Source: Raillietiella orientalis (lineage: Eukaryota). Taken from it: 64,000 bases of DNA. The stretch covers positions 186,001 to 250,000 of the forward strand of contig JAYWIR010000046.1 of NCBI GenBank assembly GCA_036172245.1, written 5' to 3'. This document shows positions 52,790-64,000 of this stretch, piece after piece. Under the pieces are notes generated by a model. It ran no database searches and was not told the origin of the DNA. It saw only the letters and a program-made list of their open reading frames with translations. The translations under genes were made by a program, and so were the position numbers. How positions within the stretch are numbered: the first letter of the stretch is position 1; every line of letters starts with the position of its first letter.

Positions 52790-53320
52790 TAGCAGCGCTA
52801 TGTCAAGTTGCAATGCTGCTTCATCCCCTAGAGGCTTCATATATTCCAGCAAGTTCTTTGACGGACAGTAAAGGGAAATGGATGAGTTGGATGACATCAC
52901 GGCGATCATTCGGATGCTCCTTCAGCCATCCGACACTGAGTACACAATATCTATTTCTTGTACTGCAAGCGTATTCCTATTGAGCAGCTGAAGCAGCATA
53001 TCCTTCGATAGTCTCACGAAACCGTCAGACTCGAGCACCAAAGGTGCAACTCCTTCGATATAAACCATGCATTCCTCTAGCAAATCGATTCTTGAAGGAT
53101 TTTTGAGGGATCATTGCACAGATCCTTCTCTATTAAAATTACTAATAAATTTCTTTCAAAATTTACTCGTCTCCGTCCATTTCCGGTCCACTTTCAGTAT
53201 TTTTCGTAGAATTCCAGGATCATGCGATGTGCTAAATTAGCTACGGTCTGCTTCCTTCGCAAACGCACATGAACTCCCTTGAAGAAAGGGTGAAAGAACA
53301 GCCCTCGATGCCTCATAAAA
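52790..53320 (-). pseudogene. Third BTB-BACK family fragment (BACK part plus upstream homology block)
   Basis: 52790-53085: EECMVYIEGVAPLVLESDGFVRLSKDMLLQLLNRNTLAVQEIDI / EHPNDRRDVIQLIHFPLLS (frameshifted). 53165-53315 matches 38090-38255 (ccttgaagaaagggtgaaag). Confidence 0.85.
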
Positions 53321-55499
53321 TTGACGTCCTCGGCACATGTTCTATTTCCTCTCGTTTTGCACCTGAATGTTGAGATTCTTATGAATTTTCATGTACGATG
53401 ACCACGGGAAGCTTGTCCGCGCTCATGTGTGATACTCATACCTTTGGCGAACTACGAAAGGTGCTCCTGTGAAGAGCGGATCATCTTAAAGATTCACGCA
53501 CAGCGTTTGTTGTCCTCTCATTGGCAACGAACAGCCCCGATTTTCTTCATATCTGACTAGCCGAATTCCCTAGGTAGCCAAACAACCTTAGTCGACATCC
53601 GTTCTCCGGGTTCATGGCGCTCGAGAGGGAACGTTGACAAACAAACCTCTGCGGAAATTATGAACATTGAAAATGCCTAAGGTCAATCATGCACTTTTTG
53701 TTCAAAATGTTAGTCGATGAGATGAGCACAATGTGTGCATAATTTTCTGTTTCCTTTATTCTGGATTCGTCTGTGGAAATCTACTTTCTATCAGTATTTG
53801 AGGCTAAGGAAAGCACTCCGAGGAGAGTCTGCAATGCTTCATGTGCCGGAAGGGTCCACTTTCGCATCTAGAAAATGCAATCTCAAAGTCGATGCCTTCA
53901 CGCAGTAGGAAGGATTGCAAAAACAGTGGATAGCTCGGAGCGAAGGAGAACCCATACCTGGAACTACATGCTGACCGTGCACCGTAGAACAAATTATCAG
54001 TATGTTCTCATGATCAGAATGGTCCGAGGAACTCGCGTAATTGGAGAGGATGGTTTACAATTTGCAAGATCTTTTTACATTTGAGTGTGATTTGTTATGG
54101 GAGTCAATCTTTTTGGAACTGATGAGTGCAAGCACGTATGACCCTGTATCTTCAACGGAAACCGCTCCAACATTCTGCCTTTCCTGCGCGGATCGTGAGT
54201 GAGCTTTCTGGCGAATACTGGGTGAGTGCTCTTCAGCACAGGACTAACCCCAGCAGTGCACGAGAGGCAGAAGGCCGTTGCTGAGGTCGGCCGCAAGGAG
54301 AGTGAGAAGAGTGCGCTCATTCAACAAGTCTAACCCCATCTATACTGCAATACACGAAAACGAAGGCTGATGACTCGAATCGCAGTGAAATTTAGCGCCT
54401 TTTTCCGGAATGGGTACATTTCCCGACAGTACTAGCGGTGCTTGCGTACTTCCAGTTCCCTTTGCACAGTTGAGATAGACTTGTGAGTTGTGACTTGTGA
54501 GTTGTACGCAGCATTGCAATGACTGCGGATGAGTTGGAAACCCGAGTGTTTGTGTGTGATTATGTGGGGATGAAATTGCATGCAGTGTGTAGAGAACGCT
54601 GCATTCTATTTGTCTAAATGACCATTACTGACAACTGTGCCAGGTTTGCTTGAACACATCGAAGACAGACGACGTTACTAGAACTAAGCTTTTCAGAAGA
54701 AGGAACGAGATTTTGCAAGGAAATGAATTCAGAGTCTGTGTCTCCAAAACGTTTTGTCTGAGTAGATTCGATTGCTTGTCTGACTCTCCTAGGAGTGGAT
54801 GCCTGTTTTGCTTCCTTGAGTATGTGCTCCAAGATAGCAAGAGCATCTGGTGAATTGACCTTGATTGCGGAGCCCCAGAGTGGAAGTTCCGCGATAAAGC
54901 AATCGTTCTACTCCTCGTCTCCGTGCGCGTAATCAGTACAAACCACTGTACTCTGTTCACTCGGAATCCCACTTTTCTGTCAGTTTTGAATTACAAAACC
55001 CAAAACATTTTGGAGATTAGTTCGATCTTCTTACCAGATTATGCCCAAATCCTGTAGGATTCAAATGAGCGTAATGGTGGAAAGCTGAGCAGACCGAAGA
55101 AAGTGACCAATTTCTTTTGTGCGTGCACCTCCACTTTCTCAGTAGCTTGAAGATAAAATGCAGTTTCTCGGGTGGCAACATATGAAGATACCTCTGAAAC
55201 TCCTATCTCACATAAGGAGCCTAAATGGCGATCAAACAATTGACTGTTGCTGACAAGGTCGCCAATGTTCACGAGTGTGCCGTCAGAACGGAATGCGCTT
55301 GATTGGTATCCGCTCTTGGTTCGAGAGGCTGACTGTTCCCTTCGTTTCGTTCCAAAGAACTCTCCCTTCTTCACTAACTCATCTTTACTCTCCTCTTCTG
55401 TCTGGCTGCTGACTCTTTATGAATCTTTTTTAGCGACATTGAACGGACCATTGAATGAACCATGAACGGACTACTAATGCAAATCCGAGGTTACCGTAA

Positions 55500-57600
55500 C
55501 TGTCGTTAGCTTACACGATCGTTAACGAAAATCATCAAGCTGAGCTGCCTTTGCAAGAAATATCCGAGCTCAATTTCGTTCCTGTTGATATTTTGAGGTT
55601 TACGGATGGGAAGATACAGGTTCTCGCAACAATTGGGAAGCATCATTCCTTCAAGAAGATGAACCACTTGCTAGTTCCGTCACATCATTGGTTCGAAGGA
55701 TCTGAATTCACTTTCCAAATGAAGATTTCATGGAATCGGCTAGCAGCTGAACTAAGGGAGGCTCTCCACAGCTCCCTAGAAGGGATTCCGAATGCAGGAT
55801 TACCAACGAGGACAAATCTTTATACCTTCCCAGATACTCCAAAGAAAGTAAAGAAGACGTCGGATACAGGATCAACATTGTTGCATCTGCACTCGCCGAA
55901 GTCAGAATATCCTCTTGGAACGGAGAAAATGATATGCCGAGAAAAAAACTGAAAGGTGCTCCAGGTTCGTCGAAGGAGCTCAATCGACTTCGGCTATCAT
56001 GCAAAGAAAAGCGCAAAGATGTTTCCTCTGAATGTTTGGATGGGAAGACCAGTTTCCAGATGACTTCAGACTTCTAAACTCTGTGCTGTCAATTCTGTCT
56101 CAACTGACAGAAAAAGTGGACAGCTCTGAACATGAAGCCACTTCGAGGGACCCAGCAATTGTACTGTCCCACACTTCCAGAGTCGCTACAAATACTGTAT
56201 GCTCCTCGAAAGAGCGGTCCATACCCACTCATCAGTTCCCCAGGTGTATTTTTATTTGGAAGAACCGGTAAGGTTAAAGGACACTTTCGACAGACCATGC
56301 AAGCATCAACCTGGAGCCAAGTAGTCAGCATTTCGACTCTACTTCCCATATCTGGTGCTTTACCAAAGGCTCAAGGTATTCCAGAAGGCGGATTGAGTCT
56401 TCCTTCCCAACCTATCAGAAGAAGCAGATAATTTCGCGATCGATGAGCTAGATCAAGCTGTTGGTCAGGAATTCCTCTTCCAGAACCTCATGAAAAGTGA
56501 AGAAAATAATGCGAACCTTACCCGTGGATGATAATTTGGCAAGATTTATCAATGAATCAAGCACTGGCGTATTTTCCCGGTCCTGCTGGTGATGGAATCA
56601 TCCTATGAAAAATTGGAAAACAAATCTGTGGTTGACTACTTGATCTTTGGCGACTTAGAACTTAGCGCCACCATAAGACACATAACCTTTGATCTCCTCA
56701 TGAGACGGAAGCTCACAGCTGGCATTCGCGCTCTCCAGCTCAGACGAGCATACTTTTCCTCACATCCCGCCCACGGCAAAGACATGTCTTTCGTTGGACA
56801 GCATTGTGCTTTTAGTCATTTTCCTTTTCATGGAGAGCACATGTGATGTGCGAACTGCGTTTCCTACATGCGACTCGTGTGAACTCCACGCCACCGATTT
56901 GAGAAGGTATCGTCTGCATGTGTTGCAGCTTCGCAGTTTGGCAGAAGTCCCTTGGACTTATGGTCAACCACTGCAAGCACATCTTCTAAACCATCGCCCA
57001 TCTCTTGAAGAGGTGGCCGGAAAAATTCGAAAAAATGACTACAGAACACGGAGAGCTCATTTCTTCCAGTCATCCGAGTTCTGGGGCATATTCTGGCTTC
57101 TTATCCGATCATGTATTGCAAAGACAGAAAACGGTGATCACACTCAAGTGATCACGGCCTGTCGAAAGCAGCTCAGCGGTTCTAGAATAATCGAATGAAA
57201 GGATAGAAGAATGTAAATACCAGTGTGACTCAACACTCCAACAGTACAGGTGAACCTTCCTTGGTACGAACCGTGGTTGTAGGGTACTGCAGTACACATG
57301 CCTAATCAAGGTGTCAAAATGAAACAAAGTCGAGTCGAAAACCCCAGCAAAGAGCTGGTAGGAAAGAACATCTAACGCTCTCTGGAAATGTACTAGCACA
57401 ACCGCATGTGAGCAGCCGACAGACAGAGAATTCTGAGAAATGGCTTTTTTTTTTTTTTTCCTTCTGTCAACTTCAAGCTCTTCTGTTTCCACATCAAAGT
57501 TGAAATCGAGTTTTTAAGCGTTCTGATGAGAAAATGCCTAAAGGCATCAAAACGAGAATCTCGCTGCATGGATATCTTAACGCAAGTTTGCGAATCAGAT
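55500..57600 (+). pseudogene. Possible degenerate NACHT-type NTPase (NLR-like) locus
   Basis: GVFLFGRTGKVKG (56243-56285, Walker A-like). QKKQII/FAIDELDQ (56416-56460, Walker B with frameshift). AHFFQSSEF/HILASY (~57055-57105, WH-like). Chain of short same-strand ORFs. Confidence 0.42.
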
Positions 57601-58154
57601 GTCAACTAGGAGATGGAGTAATATACAGACCTTCACGCGCATGTAGGAGGGTTCGCCTGGTGTCTTCCCTGATTTGGTGATGCTGTGTTAAGAAGCAGGC
57701 ACGTGCCACGCGTCCAAGATCTCGATGAGAGTGCATATTCCTGAGCTGGGGAGCCTCCCATTTTGAAGCTCCAGAAAGAAGCAGAAGTTCGTTTTTCCCA
57801 CTACACCGGCACCGGATGCGTCCGACGACTAGAAAGCAGCTGCTGAGCTCCTTTCGAGTTCATTGTGCTTGCAGAAGTCCTCGAGGGGCGATTGATACGT
57901 GTCCCTCGAGCATGCGGGCGCATCGCACACGGGAGCGAAGGGTTCCGTGAGCTGCTGTTTTGCCTCTAACAGAAAAAAAAAATCACGGTAACCTCATTTT
58001 TATTTTTATCTCGGAGGATCGAGATTAGTGATTGCGCAATTGCAAGTTGGTATTCGCTGCTTCGAACGACATCCTCCTGTCGTGGTTTATCCTTTCCCTC
58101 TTGGGATTGTGCTGTTGAGGTGATTTGAGATGAGCCTCGTGATCGCATTTCAGG

Positions 58155-58430
58155 AGCCTCCTCTTTCCCTCCTTTGCCTTCCCTCAATGGTAGAAGGGTC
58201 TGGGCCTCGATTTTCTCTGAGGTGTCGGCTCGATACTGCATCGTGATTAGCCTCGGACTCCTCTGCCAAACACACTTGGACCGAAAATGGGCTTCGGGGT
58301 GAGGAACTGCTTGCTGCTCGGCAGTCGCCCAGAGCCCATCTGCACTTCTTTCGTCCTCGTATTGGGGATAGGAAGCGGCGCGATGGGAATGAAATTCCGG
58401 GGAGAAAGCGCTAAGCGAAAAGCGTGCCAC
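58155..58430 (+). repeat. Dispersed repeat, inverted copy of 41781-42075 (retroelement fragment)
   Basis: The reverse complement shares gcttagcgc..ctcccc..aatttca..cccatcgcgccgcttcct..cagcaagcagttcc..ccgaagccc..ttttcggtcca..gagggaaggcaa.ggagggaaagagg with 41781-42075. Confidence 0.85.
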
Positions 58431-58989
58431 CAAGCATGACTTTACAAAGCCATGCTTGGTAGAAGAAAGTTCATGCAAAGCTCAAGCAAAGTTCATGAAA
58501 TCAACGAAACTGTTAACAAGAAATCAATTTGGCTGTTTACCGTCAAGGCTGTCGAAATGAAGCTATTCTGTATCTATCTTTTCCGTGTTCGATTTTATCT
58601 TCCACAAGTACCTGCAAATATATACACTTGAACTGCCACAATTCGTTTCGATAGTGTCCAATCTATGGACGGCAACAGAACTCGTTCAAAGACTGTTCAG
58701 AATTCCTAATCGATACGTCCATTATCAAGGATTATTCCCAGGTCCCACAAGCGATGGGGTGAATTTATTAAAACACAATTTTAACAAGTTTCAGTGTTCT
58801 CAGTCCTTTCAAAGTTTTCAACGCTAACAAATGCAGTTTTTGCTCTGTTCGTTTTACGTCACTTCCTTTTCGCATTCTCACTTTTCCACCTTCTGAAGTT
58901 TGGTTTCAGGATGGGTGGGGGGTTGTTCCTTCCTCCTGGATGTGGTCGTCAGTCTTCCTCAGCATGTAGCAAAACGTCCAGGAGGGGAC

Positions 58990-59650
58990 CCTTCCGTTCC
59001 TGATCCCTACGGTTGGTCGATTATCGCTTCATCCACGCCGCAAGGCTAAACGTCCTACCCATAAGAGGAGCAGCAAGATTATCAGCCAATCGCATATGCC
59101 GAAGGTGCAACTGTCAGGATGAGACATTACTGCACATACTGAATCACTGCATAATGCACTTCCCTATGTACGCCTCTCGATACTATGCACTCTTGCTGAA
59201 ACTGCAAGATGTTGCCACAAAGGTAGGAGGATTTTGCCCAAGCTATTATCAGTGGACTAGAAGATACCCGGAGTCGATTCCCTGTTGAGGCCGGATCTCA
59301 TACTGGTAAAACATGGAAAGTGGATCATAGTAGACGTTACTTGACCATTCGAAGTCAAGGAAAACGTGTTCACAGAAGCAAGAAAAATCAAAGAAGAAAA
59401 ATACCAAACTCTAATCCACAGCATCAACCAGTCCGGCAAATCTGCCATTATGCAAGTATTCACCGTGGGAGCCTTATGATCGTGGGATCCCAAGAACGAC
59501 ATTGTACTAAGATTACTGGGAATTAAAGACAACAGAAGAAAGTTGAGAAAGCTTTGTGTATCCTGCTGCATTAGGGCGCGCAGGGACATCTACTGGACCC
59601 ACAGACTGGATCATCCACCCGACGATGCGAGCGACCTCATCTGTTAAATT
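58990..59650 (+). mobile_element. 3' fragment of RLE non-LTR retrotransposon (NeSL/Utopia-like)
   Basis: DYRFIHAARLNVLP..CRRCNCQDETLLHILNHC (CCHC), then a frameshift, then LLRPDLILVK..IVDVT*PFE..EARKIKEEKYQTL..VGAL*SWDPKND..LGI..LCVSCCIRARRDIYWTH. Confidence 0.92.
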
Positions 59651-59699
59651 ATGAAACAGGGACAACCCAGAGACCAGTCCACTACGAACTAAACAGAAG

Positions 59700-60900
59700 T
59701 TCGTCAATCATATTGGAAAAGTTGAAGAGGAGCATATTGGAAATATGCTCCTCTTGAGCGCGGTGAAATCCGCTGCCGTCGTGGCGGTCTCCTTGGTCAA
59801 AGGAGCCTTCTTGATCTTCTCCTTCGCCGGTGCTCCAGGAATGAGCAGCAGCCCCTGGGCTTTCCTCCAGTTCTCATACCACCGGCATTCCTTCCTGGAG
59901 TGCATGAACAATCAACAGAAGTAACACAGCATTGGCTGGTTACACGCCTTCAGAAAATCGCCCTGCTGGCCGCACCGGTAACACCGTGCCATGGGGGAAC
60001 CGCCCACACGGTGCCCGCCAATGCTGTGTTACCTTGCATCCTACGCAAAAGACGGGCTGCTGCCTGTACTTGATCAGGACATCCTGGCAGTAGGCGTCGG
60101 TGTTGGACTCTCCCGGAATCCGCGCATCTTCATGGATCTTGATCCGGACGCTACCCTACCCGGAGATTTTCCCCATGTGGTTTCGAAACTCCACGTGGGT
60201 AAATTTCCCATATTGGGACAGGTACCAGATTACCTCCCGCGGGGTATGGATGCTAATCATCTGCAGGGACAGAGTGGTGGTTGAGCTTCCGCAGATGCCG
60301 TGCATCAGGAGTACACTGATTGAAATTCCCTGCTCGATGATCGCTTCCATCAACGGCTCACAGGATGTGCAAATCGTGAAGCCCGTCGCGCACGAGATGA
60401 TGGCCTGTATGAAGTCAAAATCAACGTTCTTACGGTGTAGTCCTTCACATTTGCAATTTTTAGGGGCCCTGTTGTAAAGGTCACCGCCTTGACCTCCGGC
60501 CCCACCGCAACCACCGGTGCGTCCGATCGTTTGATAATCAGTACTTCGGGATTTACCGGGGCCTTTTTCTTTGCTTGGGGCACGCCAGGAAAACCGCCAG
60601 CCATGGCCGCCGCATAGAACGTCGAAGCAGATGCCGCCAAGGTCGCGTAGGATGAGGGCGGCGTTGCTGCGGACACTAGCGCCGTTACCTCAGCTGCGGG
60701 ACTCGCTCCGTCTATTGCTCTGGGGGCCTGTCCCTTCCTTAAGCGGGACAAGTCCACTAGGGGAGTGGTCCTCCACACTTGGGACTGTCCGAAGAGAGTC
60801 CAAGGTTCTGGGGTGTGATGGCAGTTTTCACAGGATGGGCGGAAGTGACGTTCACTCTACATACTAGGGAAAACTATCCTTAGCACCTTTCTAGCAGGCG
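59700..60900 (-). mobile_element. L1/Tx1-like ORF1 (RRM-like region plus zinc knuckles), copy A, frameshifted
   Basis: GGFPGVPQ..PEVLII..EVKAVTF; ISIHTPREVIWYLSQYGKFTHVE; RIPG..DAYCQDVLIKYRQQPVFCVGC, followed by CxxC knuckles. Paralogous to 61200-62500. Confidence 0.8.
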
Positions 60901-60949
60901 TCTGCGTGAAAGCAGCCTCCCAATCTAAAAATTATATTTCTGAGTGAAC

Positions 60950-62510
60950 CGCGTTTGGGGTTATCGCGGAGATCAGCCCAGCCTGCGTGCAATATCCAGG
61001 CCTCACTCCGGAGGAATTGCCGTGCTGATCGCAATTGCAACCTCGAAGCCAGGTAAGTATTGTGATTCAACGTTTACATTCCAGCATACGATCTGGATGT
61101 TCCTAGCGGTTGACAGGAAGGTGGTCATTACAGATTACTTAGAATATCTCCCTTTCCTGTTGCGTTTCTTTTTGGGGGACTACGGTGTCCTCCTCCTTTC
61201 TACTTATCTTCATCCACGCTTTCGGACTCGGGGTCGTCGGTGCTGTCGACGACTGAGTACATGGCGCTGCTTTCCGAAGATGCGTGGGGCAGTCCCTTGC
61301 TTGCCACGCTGACATGCTTCCTTTTCACTTCCAGCAGTCTGTTCTCCAGAACAAACCGGTGCTCGTTATCGGACACGCGCTCTTTGACTATAACGGACAC
61401 GTTGCAGATGCATTTGAGGGTATCCCGCTGTTGCTTCATGCTAGAGCCTGGTTTCACTTCCTTGATCTCTTCTAGCTCCTTTCCTATCTGCGCAACTTGC
61501 GTCAACTCCTCGCTTAACACAACTCCCGTCGGCTCTTAGTAGGCTTGTTGGGCCTGTCGTCTTAGCCTTCTCCTTCCTTTTTTCCTTTTGATCTCGGTGG
61601 ATTCTTCTGCCGTGGTGGCAGTCTCCTAAGAAGCCCCCTTTTCTTTTGGTTTTTCTGTGGCCGCTACTTCTGGAATAGGCAGAAGTTCCTGGATGTCTTT
61701 CCAGTTCGCATACCGCCGACACTCCCTTTTAACGTTTCCAGACAAACCATAGAGAAAACACAGCATCCGCTGGTTACATGCTTTAAGAAAGTGGCCCTGC
61801 TGATTACACCAGCAACATCGTGCCCCTGACACGGTGCTCGAATAACTTACATCCAACACAGGAAACAGGCTGCTGTCTGTATCTGATTAAAACATCTTGG
61901 GAGTAGGCATCGATGCTGGCCACGCCCGGAATCTTTGCTTCATCAAACATCTTGATCCAGACAATACCTTTCCCGGAGAAGATTTTTTGCATAGGGCTTA
62001 CCAATTCCACATGAGTGACTTTTCTGAATTGGGAGAGATACTCCCAGATTACTGCCCTCGAAGTATGGATGCTTATTCCTTGCAGGAATACGGTGGCGGT
62101 CGAGCTTTCGCCAAACGCTTCCTCATCCTCCTTCCATGAATGTGAAGACCCTGTCAATGAGCGGATCAGCAAGAGACTCACATGATGTATGTAATGTGAA
62201 GCCCGATGCGCATGGTATTATCACTTGAATCACATCAGAATCGACGTTCTTCTTATGCAACGCTATATGTATATCTTTCACTTTGACAATTTTTAGGCTT
62301 CTGGTCTTACAGGTCAGGGCCTTGACTTCGGTCCCGAATGCCACCAGCGGAACGTCTCCTTGTTGGACAACGAGGACTTCCGGTTGTAGAGTCCTCTTAC
62401 GCTCCTGAGGCACACCCGGGAAACCACCAGTGGTTAACATCTGGTTGGATTTGGGAGCAGTCGCCGCCATGACCGCGTGGGACAACGGCTGTTTATCACC
62501 CGGTGCGCCG
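60950..62510 (-). mobile_element. L1/Tx1-like element copy B: ORF1 plus start of ORF2 (APE)
   Basis: ORF1 pieces 62485-62123, 62181-61804 (VFLQGISIHTSRAVIWEYLSQFRKV..YRQQPVSCVGC), 61859-61626 (CCWCNQQGHFLKAC..CFLYGLSGNVKREC) and 61520-61200. ORF2 starts at ATG 61128 (MTTFLSTARNIQIVCWNVNV, APE motif) and is truncated at ~60950. Confidence 0.82.
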
Positions 62511-62514
62511 GGGC

Positions 62515-64000
62515 GTTTATTAAAAAACTATCCGGGAACAGAGTTCCTGGACAAAGGGAAGAACAAGAGACGAAGGGGGTGGGATCCCTGACACGCAGGT
62601 CGGTATGCCGAAAGTACGGAACGGAAGGGAGGGGACCACAAATACACTACTATAAAAAAATAAAAATAAAAATATGGAGGGCAGGGGACAGGGGTCTTTG
62701 GTAACGCCGTTCCTTCCTTTCAAAACCGGCGATGGATGCCGGCGATCTCTCTCCTCACGTCCTCTGGCAGATGGGCCCACTCGGCAGCCGACGACATGCT
62801 TGCGCTGGCTAAACCGGTGGGCTGACGAAGGATGGCCAGCTTCTCCAACTCTCGGTGGGCCTTGTCGATGGCGCGGGTGCAACACACGGTTGCAACGACA
62901 GCACCTAAAGACCTGACGTGAAGAAGCGGCGCATCAAGTCTCTCGCGGTGTCCCCCTGGTGCAGGAGAGCTGAGGCCAGCCTCCGCCACAGTCCTAGGAG
63001 GGCACCGCAGTCCAGGAGCAGGTGCGGGAGCGTTTCCACTTCCCCGCACCGCTTACAGTTTGGGGAGACAACTCCCCCGGAAACACGGTTCGTCCGCTGG
63101 TTGGAGTGAAAACCCCAATGCACCAGCATGATGACGTCCTGCTTCCACGAAAGGGGGAACACAGAAGTGTTGAGACAGGAGGGAGGGACCACAAGTTCTT
63201 CGAGGGGCACACTCAGGTGTTCACTCCATCGAAGGAGTCCCTTCGGGATGTAGCGAGGCGTGGCGGCGTCTGCCAGCTTGCAAGTCCTCGAGCCGCCAAC
63301 AGGTCGTGTTGTTCCTGCGATGGTGCAGGCGACCTCCCATCTCGCCGGTTCGCAGCTGTTCGCAGCTGGGACAACGGCTGTTGTGGCGTGCCTCCTGCCA
63401 ATGCCTGTTTTGCCTGCTGCCATCAGCCCTTCATGGGAGGAGCCGGGTTGGCACACCTCCTTGAGCGTAGTATTGTATTCGGATTGCCTGACGCTTTACT
63501 TGTTTCAACGGATAATTTGTTCTGCATACTTTCAGCGGTGATGGTAGTTGCAGGCCAACACGACGCTCCCTCAAACTACTCGTCTGGTATCGTGGTCAAC
63601 ATCGCTTGTCTTGAGCACAATTAAGCTCACGGCCAGGTAAGTATGAGTTAATATGTGTCGACAGTAACCTCTTCGCTTCGAACAGCAATTTGCGGCAACA
63701 GGCATCGTGGAGATGAAAGCAATCTGCATATACATGTGTCAAGTTCTGCAGACGATCTCCTCGACACACCAATAAGAAAACGGCCCTCATTTTGTTTTTC
63801 GCATAGTAAGGTGTAAACAGTTGTGCTCACTTGTTTCAAAACATTCCCAAGCGCATTTCTTTCCAGCATCAGAAGACTCATCGAGAAGGGGTTGTCTTTC
63901 TCGAATGACTTCTCTCGTTTTCCAGAATCGGAGAAGACAGTTCAGAGAAATGTAACGAATGGGAAGCTTCCCGAAACGTAGGGAATTGATTCGATTTCAT
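62515..64000 (-). mobile_element. L1/Tx1-like element C: ORF2 3' part (zf-RVT) and 3' UTR
   Basis: WKQDVIMLVHWGFHSNQR..SPNCKRCGEVETLPHLLLDCGALLGLWRRL (ORF 63456-62905). T-rich 3' UTR ending ..tttttaataaa at ~62516. Confidence 0.8.

Noticed and set aside
54478..54505. gacttgtgagttgt tandem duplication
   Set aside because: Only two adjacent units with no spacers; ordinary slippage, not an array.

Overview
Eukaryotic (metazoan, probably invertebrate) genomic DNA with short spliceosomal introns; no prokaryotic features, rRNA/tRNA genes or CRISPR arrays were found. An AT-rich, CpG-poor core (~13.7-35.9 kb) holds an apparently intact multi-exon Cabin1 gene (minus strand). An ACOT9-type acyl-CoA thioesterase gene (minus strand) straddles its left edge. 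The GC-richer flanks are full of decayed sequence: BEL/Pao, RLE-type (NeSL/Utopia-like) and L1/Tx1-like retrotransposon fragments, a receptor guanylyl cyclase pseudogene, three possible degenerate NACHT-NTPase loci, and a three-copy BTB-BACK family. The most interesting signal is in that family: in two paralogs, position-conserved 31-nt and 45-nt GT-AG segments would, if spliced, extend BTB-BACK into a Neuralized-homology (NHR)-like domain. A second NHR-like start lies upstream and a Cys-rich tail downstream. All family calls come from motif recognition by eye, not from database searches.
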